Positions 37,934 to 46,499 of a stretch of DNA of 64,000 bases are shown piece by piece. The stretch is from contig CBFDDD010000016.1 in assembly GCA_965603475.1 (NCBI GenBank), positions 75 to 64,074 on the forward strand. Direction: 5' to 3'. Origin of the DNA: an uncultured Myxococcales bacterium (lineage in GTDB: Bacteria; Myxococcota_A; UBA9160; UBA4427). How positions within the stretch are numbered: the first letter of the stretch is position 1; each line of letters begins with the position of its first letter. The position numbers and the translations under genes were made by a program. The notes under the pieces are model-generated. The model did not search any database and was not told the origin of the DNA. It saw only the letters and a list, made by a program, of their open reading frames with translations.

Positions 37934-39796
37934 ATGAGCGAACATGATTCGGACTCTTCCTCGGGCGCGGGACGCAAGGGATTCGTGCGCGACGTAATGC
38001 GGCGGATCACCCCTGCGGGCGGCCGACCGGGCGATGACCCGGAACTCGATCCGACTCGCCCGGCTGCGGGCGAACGGTCGGCGAGCGAGGCCGAACGACT
38101 GCAGGATGCGATGCGATTCTTTGGAAGTGACTCCAGCGAATTTCGCCACCGGCTCGATCGAATGCTGGCGGACTTCGAGACTTTGCGACGTCGCTATGAG
38201 CAGGCGCGAAGCCAGCATCACGACGCCGAGCGCCAGAACGAAAAGCTCGTCGCGATGCTCCAGGAAGCGAAGCAGCAGATCGAGCTTCTCAAGGAAGAGG
38301 TCGACAAGCTGTGCGCTCCGCCGAATAGCTACGGCATCTTCATCCGTGCGAACAAAGACGGCACTTCAGAGATCCTGATGGAAGGTCGGCCGATGCGGGT
38401 CAACGTTCATCCGAATCTCGATCCCTTCCAGCTGGACGAGGGGCAGTACGTCGTGCTGAACGAAGCCTTCAACATCATCGAAGGCGCCGAGTACACCCAG
38501 CGCGGCGAGGTCTGTACCGTCGTCGATTCGATCTCGGACAGTCGGGTGATCGTCAGCGGTCACACGGATGACGAACGGGTCGTGACGCTCTCTGAGCCGT
38601 TGCGTCGCGAACACATCAAGGTCGGTGATCCACTGATGGTGGATATGCGAACGCAATACGCGTTCGAGAAGCTGCCGAAGTCGTCGGTGGAAGAGGTCAT
38701 GCTCGAGGAAATCCCGGACGTGTCCTACGAGGATATCGGTGGGTTGGGCGATCAGATCGAAATCCTGCGTGATTCGGTCGAATTGCCCTATCTGCACCCG
38801 GAGGTCTTTTCGGATCACAAGCTCCGGCCGCCCAAGGGCATCTTGCTCTATGGCCCGCCGGGATGTGGCAAGACCCTGATTGCCAAGGCGGTGGCGAATA
38901 GCCTTGCCAAGCGCATCGAAAATGAAACCGGCAAGACGACGACCGCCTACTTCCTGAACGTGAAGGGTCCCGAGCTCCTGAACAAGTACGTCGGCGAGAC
39001 CGAGAGCAAGTTGCGCGACGTCTTCAAGAAGGCCCGCGAGAAGGCGAGCGAGGACGTTCCGGTCGTCGTGTTCTTCGACGAGATGGATTCGCTCTTCCGG
39101 ATGCGCGGATCGGGGATTTCCTCGGACATGGAAGCAACCGTGGTGGCTCAGTTCCTGTCGGAGATCGACGGCGTCGAAGCACTCGAGAACGTCATCGTCA
39201 TCGGAGCGAGCAATCGGCAGGATCTGATTGATCCTGCGGTACTCCGCCCGGGACGCCTGGATCTGAAGGTCAAGGTATCCCGACCGGACCGCGATGCGGC
39301 ACGCGATATCTTCAAGAAATACCTGACGCCGGATCTGCCACTGCACGAGGACTCGGTCAGCAGGTACGGCAACGATACCGACTCGGCCTGCTCGAGAATG
39401 ATCGATAACGTCATCGAGAACATGTACTCGACCGGCGACGAGAACAAGTTCCTCGAGGTGACGTACGCCAAGGGTGAGCGAGAGATTTTCTACTTCAAGG
39501 ATTTCGCCTCGGGCGCAATGCTCGAAAATATTGTCGCGCGTGCCAAGCGAAAGGCGGTCAAGCGTCTCATCGATGGTGGGGAGCGTGGCATCACGGCGGA
39601 CGACCTGATCCAATCCGTGCGGGAGGAGTTCAAGGAGAACGAGGACCTCCCCAATACCACGAATCCGGACGACTGGGCGCGCATCTCCGGACGAAAGGGT
39701 GAGCGAATCATCAACGTTCGAACGCTCATTACCGGAATGGAACGCAATGAACAGACCATCGAGAACGTCTCGAGCGGTCAGGGTCAGTACCTCTAG
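37934..39796 (+). CDS. arc: Proteasome-associated AAA+ ATPase (ARC/Mpa)
   Basis: N-terminal coiled coil (RRYEQARSQHHDAERQNEKLVAMLQEAKQQIELLKEEVDKL) followed by an OB region. Walker A GPPGCGKTLIAKA and Walker B VVFFDEMDS. The C-terminus ...GQGQYL carries the proteasome-docking GQYL motif. Confidence 0.9.
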   Translation: MSEHDSDSSSGAGRKGFVRDVMRRITPAGGRPGDDPELDPTRPAAGERSASEAERLQDAMRFFGSDSSEFRHRLDRMLADFETLRRRYEQARSQHHDAERQNEKLVAMLQEAKQQIELLKEEVDKLCAPPNSYGIFIRANKDGTSEILMEGRPMRVNVHPNLDPFQLDEGQYVVLNEAFNIIEGAEYTQRGEVCTVVDSISDSRVIVSGHTDDERVVTLSEPLRREHIKVGDPLMVDMRTQYAFEKLPKSSVEEVMLEEIPDVSYEDIGGLGDQIEILRDSVELPYLHPEVFSDHKLRPPKGILLYGPPGCGKTLIAKAVANSLAKRIENETGKTTTAYFLNVKGPELLNKYVGETESKLRDVFKKAREKASEDVPVVVFFDEMDSLFRMRGSGISSDMEATVVAQFLSEIDGVEALENVIVIGASNRQDLIDPAVLRPGRLDLKVKVSRPDRDAARDIFKKYLTPDLPLHEDSVSRYGNDTDSACSRMIDNVIENMYSTGDENKFLEVTYAKGEREIFYFKDFASGAMLENIVARAKRKAVKRLIDGGERGITADDLIQSVREEFKENEDLPNTTNPDDWARISGRKGERIINVRTLITGMERNEQTIENVSSGQGQYL

Positions 39797-39905
39797 GATC
39801 GATCAAGAACTCTCCAGATCAGCCTGAGCGAGTCGGCGGACTCCGGGGCGGGATGCACGAGCACCGGCCCGCCGATTCGACAGGCTGGGGAGAAACGAAG
39901 GCAAG

Positions 39906-41390
39906 ATGGCGATTCCGACTGTCATGGGAACTGAAATCGAGTTTGGGATCATGGTCAAGAACGATCCTGACTTCGACCCGATCTCGTCGTGCGTCCTGAT
40001 CGTGAATGCGTATCGCGAAGACCCGGACGGACAGATCCTCTGGGACTACGATCAGGAGAATCCGCTCGCCGACGCACGTGGTTTCCAGGTGGAAGGCGAA
40101 AAGTACACGCCGAACCAACAGGAAAACATTGCCCGCAACAAGACGCTCATCAATGGCGCGCGCTACTACGTCGATCACGCCCATCCGGAATATTCTTCGC
40201 CTGAAGTGACGAATGCACGCGACCTCGTGATTCACGAGAAGGCCGGTGAACGCGTGATTGAGATCAGCCGTCGAGAAGCCAACAATCTGTTGCCCGAAGG
40301 GGCGGAGATGTTGATCTACAAGAACAACAGCGACCGAAAGGGCAACAGCTACGGATGTCACGAGAACTATTTGATGGATCGCCGAACGTCCTTCAAGAAG
40401 GTCGTGGAGCCGCTCCTGCCATTTTTCTCGACACGACAGATCTGGTGTGGTGCCGGAAAAGTAGGTAGCGAGAGCCGCAATCATCCGTGTGACTATCAGC
40501 TTTCCCAGCGCGCAGATTTCTTCGAGACGGAAGTCGCGTTGGACACGATGGTCAAGCGGCCGATCGTGAACACGCGAGACGAACCTCATGCGGACCGAGA
40601 GAAGTACCGGAGGCTCCACGTCATCGTGGGGGACTCCAACATGTCGGAGTTCACGATCTATCTGCGCAACGGTGTGACGGCGCTGATTCTCTCCATGATC
40701 GAGGACGGTGCAATCTCGAAGGATTTGACGCTACGCGATCCAGTTCGATCGATTCGCGAGGTTTCGCACGACCTCTCTCTCCGAAACGAGCTGACGATGG
40801 ACGACGGCAGCGCGCGAACAGCACTCCAGATCCAGGAGGATTTTCTGGAGATGGCCCTCGCATATACCTCTTCACGTTCTCTCGATCCGGTCCAGAAGGA
40901 CGTTCTGCAGAAATGGCAGGACGTCATCGAGGCGCTTGGTCGAGATCCGATGGAACTCGACGGAAAGATCGATTGGGTGATCAAGAAGCGCCTGATCGAG
41001 CGTTATATGAGTCGAAAGAGCCTCGATTGGAGCGATCCACAGGTTCAAATGCTCGATCTCCAGTACCACGACTCACGACCGGACAAGGGGCTCTACTATC
41101 TTTTGGAGCGCCAGGGAAAGGTCGAGAGAATCGTTTCGGACGAAGAGATTCAACACGCGGTGTACAATCCGCCGAGGGATACGCGTGCCTTCTTCCGTGG
41201 TGAATGTCTACGTCGATATCCGAGCGAGGTCTTCGGTGTGAATTGGGATTCGATTTCGTTCGGACTCGGAGACGAGTCGATCAAGCGAATCATGATGGCG
41301 GAGCCTTTGAAGGGTACAAGTGAATTTGTCGAGGAGCTGCTCGAGCGGTCGGACACGGCTGCGGCGCTCCTCGAGAACATGGGCTCCTGA
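39906..41390 (+). CDS. dop: Pup deamidase/depupylase Dop
   Basis: Its N-terminal MGTEIEFGI and ARYYVDHAHPEYSSPE mark the carboxylate-amine ligase fold shared with PafA. It carries the extra loop (DYDQENPLADARGFQVEGEKYTPNQQENIARNK) that is absent from the downstream paralog. It also sits immediately upstream of pup. Confidence 0.85.
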   Translation: MAIPTVMGTEIEFGIMVKNDPDFDPISSCVLIVNAYREDPDGQILWDYDQENPLADARGFQVEGEKYTPNQQENIARNKTLINGARYYVDHAHPEYSSPEVTNARDLVIHEKAGERVIEISRREANNLLPEGAEMLIYKNNSDRKGNSYGCHENYLMDRRTSFKKVVEPLLPFFSTRQIWCGAGKVGSESRNHPCDYQLSQRADFFETEVALDTMVKRPIVNTRDEPHADREKYRRLHVIVGDSNMSEFTIYLRNGVTALILSMIEDGAISKDLTLRDPVRSIREVSHDLSLRNELTMDDGSARTALQIQEDFLEMALAYTSSRSLDPVQKDVLQKWQDVIEALGRDPMELDGKIDWVIKKRLIERYMSRKSLDWSDPQVQMLDLQYHDSRPDKGLYYLLERQGKVERIVSDEEIQHAVYNPPRDTRAFFRGECLRRYPSEVFGVNWDSISFGLGDESIKRIMMAEPLKGTSEFVEELLERSDTAAALLENMGS

Positions 41391-41454
41391 AGCCGCCGTT
41401 CGATCGATGATTTCGATCGGCGGTTGTGTCGGGACCAGTCCGGAGGACTAAACG

Positions 41455-41754
41455 ATGGCGACATTTATCAGAGATCTGAAGCGTGTACGATCCGGCGGCT
41501 ACGCCGACCGGCAGGTCGGCGGACAGGCCGATCCAATCCCGCTGTATATGGCCGCTGGCGAACAGAAGCAAAAGAGCAAGGGTGGCGGTGGCGATGACGG
41601 AGATGGCGAGAAGGACGAGGGCGGTCAGAAACTCGCCGAGAAGGGCGAGGACCTCAAGGAGGAGATGGACGATCTCCTCGAGGAGATCGATTCCGTCCTC
41701 GAAGAGAACGCCGAAGAGTTCGTCAAGAATTACGTCCAGCGAGGCGGCGAGTAG
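41455..41754 (+). CDS. pup: Prokaryotic ubiquitin-like protein Pup (99-aa reading; canonical-length 68-aa form would start at ATG 41548)
   Basis: The C-terminal LLEEIDSVLEENAEEFVKNYVQRGGE closely resembles actinobacterial Pup. GGAGGA (41442-47) lies 7 nt upstream of ATG 41455, whereas no SD precedes ATG 41548. Confidence 0.85.
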   Translation: MATFIRDLKRVRSGGYADRQVGGQADPIPLYMAAGEQKQKSKGGGGDDGDGEKDEGGQKLAEKGEDLKEEMDDLLEEIDSVLEENAEEFVKNYVQRGGE

Positions 41755-41812
41755 ATTAGCGGGAGAGTTGAGTACCCGTTTGATGGATTGATTGTTTTCT
41801 GAGGGGGGAACA

Positions 41813-42604
41813 GTGCCGCTTCGAGGCAGCTACGACGGTTCAAGTTTCTTCGAGCTTCTTCAGCTCGAACAAAGACATCTTCTTCCGGATCTTTCCGCCT
41901 GGGGAAAAGGTACGGCCGAGATGGTGCCGCACGGGACGACTGTCCTGGCCATGCGTTTTGGGGACGGTGTCCTCGTGGCTGGCGATCGGCTTGCGACGGC
42001 GGGGCATTCGGTGGCTTCGCGCGACGTCGTCAAGGTATTTGAGACCGACCCGTATTCAGTGATGGCGATCTCGGGCGCGGCAGGTCCGTGTATCGAGATG
42101 GCGCGTGTGCTTTCGGTCGAGCTCGAACACTACGAGAAGATCGAGGGCGAGCAGCTCGAACTCGAAGGCAAGGCCAATAAACTTTCACAGATGATTCGCG
42201 CGAATCTGCCGGCCGCCATGCAAGGGCTCGCGGTCGTGCCTCTTTTTGCGGGCTACGACATGCGCCGCAAGACCGGGCGTCTCTGGAAGTTCGATATTAC
42301 GGGTGGTCGCTACGAGGAAACGGAGTTCGACGCGACGGGTTCCGGCGGGCTCTACGCTCGGGAATCGCTGAAGCATGGCTGGGACGCGAATCTCCGGCGC
42401 GACGATGCGGTCCGAATCGCGGTCGCCGCGCTGACTGCCGCCGCCGACGAGGATCGCGCGACCGGGGGTGTCGATCTCGAGCGCGGGATCTATCCCGTGA
42501 TCAAGGTCTGTACGATCGAGGGTCAGACCGACGCGAGCGAAGAAGAGATCGCCACTTGTTACCGCAGTATTCTGGAGGCTCGTGCCGCCGGGGGAAATCT
42601 CTAA
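41813..42604 (+). CDS. prcB: 20S proteasome beta subunit PrcB (with propeptide)
   Basis: Propeptide ending ...VPHG, then catalytic TTVLAMRFGDGVLVAGD. GTG 41813 has GAGGGGGG upstream. Confidence 0.9.
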   Translation: MPLRGSYDGSSFFELLQLEQRHLLPDLSAWGKGTAEMVPHGTTVLAMRFGDGVLVAGDRLATAGHSVASRDVVKVFETDPYSVMAISGAAGPCIEMARVLSVELEHYEKIEGEQLELEGKANKLSQMIRANLPAAMQGLAVVPLFAGYDMRRKTGRLWKFDITGGRYEETEFDATGSGGLYARESLKHGWDANLRRDDAVRIAVAALTAAADEDRATGGVDLERGIYPVIKVCTIEGQTDASEEEIATCYRSILEARAAGGNL

Positions 42605-43302
42605 TGTCGATGCCCTTCTACGTTTCTCCTGAGCAAGTCATGGCCGACAAGGCCGAGTTCGCGCGCAAGGGAATTGCGCGTGGCAAATCGATCGTCGCGA
42701 TCGAGCATCAGAACGGCATCTTGTTGGTCGCCGAGAACGCGACGAGTCTTTCGAAGGTCGGCGAGATCTACGATCGAATCGCCTTTGCGGGCGTTGGGAA
42801 ATTCAGCGAGTTCGACCAGCTGAGAAAAGTGGGTGTGCGCTTCGCGGATACCAAGGGGTATGCGTACAGTCGTGAGGACGTGCGCGGACGGGGCCTTGCC
42901 AATGCGTTCTCCCAGGTCATGGGGGAGGTCTTCACGCGTGAGATCAAACCGCTCGAGATCGAGATCATCGTTGCCGAAGTCGGCGACGATCGATACGACG
43001 ATCACAAGAAGAACACGATTTATCGAGTGAAATACGATGGGTTCATCAGCGATCACCCGGGCTACTGTGTGATTGGCGGAAACGTCGAGGACGTCGAATC
43101 CGTGCTGAAGGACGAGTATCGCGATGACATGCCCGCGGGGGAAGCACTCAAGCTCGCACGGCGCGCGCTCAATTCGGGAGCAGAACGCAGTTCTGAATTG
43201 GGCGTAGAGAGTCTCGAAGTCTGTCTACTGGATCGGATTCGAACGGGTCGCAAGTTCTGCCGCCTTTCTACCGAAGAAGTTCAAGGTATGCTGGACGCTT
43301 GA
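42604..43302 (+). CDS. prcA: 20S proteasome alpha subunit PrcA
   Basis: MSMPFYVSPEQVMADKAEFARKGIARGKS. The ATG overlaps the prcB stop (TAATG). Confidence 0.9.
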   Translation: MSMPFYVSPEQVMADKAEFARKGIARGKSIVAIEHQNGILLVAENATSLSKVGEIYDRIAFAGVGKFSEFDQLRKVGVRFADTKGYAYSREDVRGRGLANAFSQVMGEVFTREIKPLEIEIIVAEVGDDRYDDHKKNTIYRVKYDGFISDHPGYCVIGGNVEDVESVLKDEYRDDMPAGEALKLARRALNSGAERSSELGVESLEVCLLDRIRTGRKFCRLSTEEVQGMLDA

Positions 43303-43354
43303 GAAGGCGCATTGTGTGTCTTTCTAAGCCTCGCAGAAGCGGTCAGGCGGCTTT

Positions 43355-44761
43355 GTGCAAAAGCGCATTTATGGCATCGAGACCGAGTATGGAATCATAT
43401 TCACACCGGAGGGCCGCAAGACCCTGCCCGTGGAGAAGGCCATTCGCTTTCTCTTCGAGAAGCTGATCACGACCGAACATTTCCTCAACGTCTTTCTCGA
43501 GAACGGCGCCCGTTTCTATCAGGACACCGGTTGCCATCCCGAGTACGCGACGCCGGAATGCGCCTCGCCCAGCCAACTCATCATCTACGACAAGGCCGGT
43601 GAGCGAATCCTCGAAGATCTCCAGATCTATGCGGAGGAGAAGATTCGTGAAGAGCGTATCCCCGGAAAGCTTTCGATCTTCAAGAATAACACCGACTTCG
43701 TAGGCAATAGCTACGGCTGCCACGAGAATTATCTCGTCGACCGGGATGTCGATTTCTATTACCTCGCGGAGCAGCTGATCCCGTTTCTCGTGACTCGCCA
43801 GATCTACACGGGTGCGGGCAAGGTCTTTCAGACACAGGACGGCGTTCACTACTGCGTGAGCCAACGTGCACAGCACATCTACCAGAAGATCTCGGGAACG
43901 ACGACCAACGATCGGTCCATCATCAATACTCGAGACGAGCCTCATGCCGATCGCGAGAAATATCGACGGCTCCACGTGATCGTCGGTGACTCCAACATGA
44001 GCGAGTACACCAATTTCATCAAGGTCGGAACCTGCTCCGTCGTGCTCCAGATGATCGAGGACAACTACATCAACAAGGACTTCACGCTTCGCAATCCGGT
44101 CAAGGCGATCAAGGACATCACCTATGACTCGACCTGCAAGCGACGTCTGCGACTCGACAATGGACGCGAATACTCACCGATCGAAATTCAGCGCGAATAC
44201 TGCGAAATGGCTCAGAAATACATCGAGCAGTATCCCGTCATGGACGACCACAAGAAGGCCGTCATCATGTGGCAGTACGTACTGGACAGCCTGGATAGCG
44301 ATCCGAACAAACTCGATCGTCAGATCGATTGGGTGATCAAGCGGAAGCTGATTCAGTCCTGGATCGATAAACACGAAACGACCTGGACCGATCCGCGTGT
44401 GTTGATGCTTGATCTCCAGTACCACGATATCCGACGTGAACGAAGCCTCTACTATCTGCTGGAGAGGAAAGGTGCGGTAGATCGCCTGTTCACCGACGAA
44501 GAAGTCGACGCCGCAAAGACCGAGCCGCCGCAAGATACGCGCGCTCGAATGCGCGGCGAATTCATCAAGCTCGCTCGGGAGAACTCGATCCAATACGATC
44601 TCGACTGGTCGAATATTCGCCTCGGCAACCTTCTGAACGTGCGCGTGATCTGTAACAATCCCTTCGAAACCGACACAGAGAAGGTCGCCGAGTTGGTACG
44701 CACGATTCAGAAGACCAATCTGCGCAAGACGAGCCTTTCGAAGCTCGTCATCCAGTCCTAG
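43355..44761 (+). CDS. pafA: Pup-protein ligase PafA
   Basis: VQKRIYGIETEYGI, ARFYQDTGCHPEYATPE, NSYGCHENYL and RRLHVIVGDSNMSE. It lacks the Dop-specific loop. Confidence 0.85.
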   Translation: MQKRIYGIETEYGIIFTPEGRKTLPVEKAIRFLFEKLITTEHFLNVFLENGARFYQDTGCHPEYATPECASPSQLIIYDKAGERILEDLQIYAEEKIREERIPGKLSIFKNNTDFVGNSYGCHENYLVDRDVDFYYLAEQLIPFLVTRQIYTGAGKVFQTQDGVHYCVSQRAQHIYQKISGTTTNDRSIINTRDEPHADREKYRRLHVIVGDSNMSEYTNFIKVGTCSVVLQMIEDNYINKDFTLRNPVKAIKDITYDSTCKRRLRLDNGREYSPIEIQREYCEMAQKYIEQYPVMDDHKKAVIMWQYVLDSLDSDPNKLDRQIDWVIKRKLIQSWIDKHETTWTDPRVLMLDLQYHDIRRERSLYYLLERKGAVDRLFTDEEVDAAKTEPPQDTRARMRGEFIKLARENSIQYDLDWSNIRLGNLLNVRVICNNPFETDTEKVAELVRTIQKTNLRKTSLSKLVIQS

Positions 44762-44772
44762 TCGAGCTCGGA

Positions 44773-45201
44773 ATGCCTCCCTCAGACCCGTCTGCGCCTG
44801 AAGAGGATGAGACAGTCGGCTTGAAGCTGGTGAACACGACATCGGAATCCGGGACCTCTTCGGACACGTCAGACCCACAGAGTTCGACACCCGACGGAGG
44901 TTCGGCCGAACCGCGAAGCGACCGACGCAGACTACCTGTCTGGCTCTTCGTGCTCGTCCTGATCCTCTTTTTCCTCGTGATCGGCAGGCAGGTCCAGCTC
45001 GCGAGCGAACTCGAATCCCAGGTGGCCGGCCTCGAAGTCCAGCTCGAGCGGACGAACGCGCTTCTCGACTCCCATCGCACGCATCTCTCCGAGGTTCGTG
45101 GAGGAGTGCACGAGCTCTCAGAGCGTCTCCAGAGCCTCCGCGCTCTCGTGGATCGTGACCCGACCGGCCGGGTCTCCGAAGGCGTCGTGCCGGCCCCGTA
45201 G
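44773..45201 (+). CDS. Hypothetical single-pass membrane coiled-coil protein
   Basis: Starts 11 nt after the pafA stop. It has an acidic Ser/Thr-rich N-terminus, the TM LPVWLFVLVLILFFLVIG, then a heptad-like QVQLASELESQVAGLEVQLERTNALLDSH... Confidence 0.55.
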   Translation: MPPSDPSAPEEDETVGLKLVNTTSESGTSSDTSDPQSSTPDGGSAEPRSDRRRLPVWLFVLVLILFFLVIGRQVQLASELESQVAGLEVQLERTNALLDSHRTHLSEVRGGVHELSERLQSLRALVDRDPTGRVSEGVVPAP

Positions 45202-45406
45202 GGCAGCTTTCCCGCCATCTCTGAACTCCTCAAAGCCTTCTGGAAATGGGGGCAGGGGCGAGTCTTGCGCACGTGTGAGCTGCCTCACCATCAGGTGCGT
45301 TGGTTTTACCTTGCCATGGCGCATTTTGGCTCAACCTCTGCGCATGCATGCCGATTCACAAGGACGGGCATGGCCGCTCCCCCTCGCCAGCGCCCTGGAG
45401 ACTCGG

Positions 45407-46444
45407 ATGTTCCTCGACGCCATTGCTGGAATCTTCTCTCACGATCTCGCGATCGATCTCGGAACCGCGAATACGCTGGTCTACAGCAAAGGCAACGGCA
45501 TCGTTTGCTCGGAGCCGAGCGTGGTCGCCGTGACCCACGAAAGTGGCGGGCGCTCACAACGGGTGCGCGCGGTCGGGCATGCAGCCAAGGAAATGCTTGG
45601 ACGCACGCCGGGAAATATCGAAGCGATCCGCCCGATCAAGGACGGTGTCATCGCCGACTTCGAAATCACCGAAGCGATGCTCCGCTACTTCATTCAACGT
45701 GCACATAATCGCCGGACGCTCGCGCGTCCGCGGATCGTGATCTGCGTTCCTCCCTGTATTACGAGCGTCGAGAAGCGCGCCGTACGTGAGTCGGCACTCT
45801 CTGCCGGTGCGCGCGAGGTCTTCCTGATCGAAGAGCCGATGGCCGCAGCAATCGGTGCTGGACTCGATGTGACCGCACCGACCGGAAACATGGTCGTCGA
45901 CATCGGGGGCGGCACGACCGATGTTGCCGTCATCTCACTGTCTGGAATCGTGACCTCTCGCTCCATCCGTACCGGCGGTGACAAGATGGATGAAGCGATC
46001 ATCAACTACGTCAAGCGTAAGTACAACATGCTAATCGGTGAGCGCACGGCCGAGCAAGCCAAGATGACGATCGGTACTGCCTCGACGGAGAGCAAGACGC
46101 AGGAAATGGAACTCAAGGGTCGCGATCTGGTCGCGGGTATTCCGAAGGTCGTCGTGGCGACGAGCGACGAAATGCGCGAAGCGCTGGTCGAGCCGATTCA
46201 TGCCATCGTCGAAACCGTTCATCTCACTCTCGAGAAGACGCCGCCGGAGTTGGCCGCAGATATCGTCGACAGAGGGATCATGCTCGTCGGAGGTGGTTCG
46301 CTCCTGACGGATCTGGATCACCTGCTCCGACAGGAGACGCGTCTGCCGATCCTGCGCAGCGAAGATCCATACACCGCTGTTGTCCACGGCGCTGGCAAGG
46401 CACTCGACAACATCTCGCTCTTGCGCGAGGTCGCGTTGGTCTGA
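45407..46444 (+). CDS. mreB: Rod shape-determining protein MreB
   Basis: DLAIDLGTANTLVY, VVDIGGGTTDVAVISL and GGGSLL. ATG 45407 is preceded by GGAG. The upstream 103 codons of the ORF are non-coding-like. Confidence 0.9.
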   Translation: MFLDAIAGIFSHDLAIDLGTANTLVYSKGNGIVCSEPSVVAVTHESGGRSQRVRAVGHAAKEMLGRTPGNIEAIRPIKDGVIADFEITEAMLRYFIQRAHNRRTLARPRIVICVPPCITSVEKRAVRESALSAGAREVFLIEEPMAAAIGAGLDVTAPTGNMVVDIGGGTTDVAVISLSGIVTSRSIRTGGDKMDEAIINYVKRKYNMLIGERTAEQAKMTIGTASTESKTQEMELKGRDLVAGIPKVVVATSDEMREALVEPIHAIVETVHLTLEKTPPELAADIVDRGIMLVGGGSLLTDLDHLLRQETRLPILRSEDPYTAVVHGAGKALDNISLLREVALV

Positions 46445-46499
46445 GGTTCGGCGCGTAGCGCGCCCCTCGACGCATTCACGCATGATCCTCTGCTATCGA

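Noticed and set aside
37239-37934. 231-aa plus-strand ORF directly upstream of arc
   Set aside because: Its composition (Arg/Ser/Gly/Pro-rich, with many rare-looking codons for this window) and lack of any motif suggest it is not coding. It is kept only as part of the non-coding-gap finding.
38366-39613. 415-aa minus-strand ORF. Similar antisense ORFs occur at 12174-13283, 46536-47528, 43343-43975, 59178-59924, 61166-62065 and 63072-63992.
   Set aside because: All lie antisense to strongly supported genes (arc, M18 peptidase, sulfatase-like protein, pafA, pilT, alaS, ispG), and none shows a recognisable domain.
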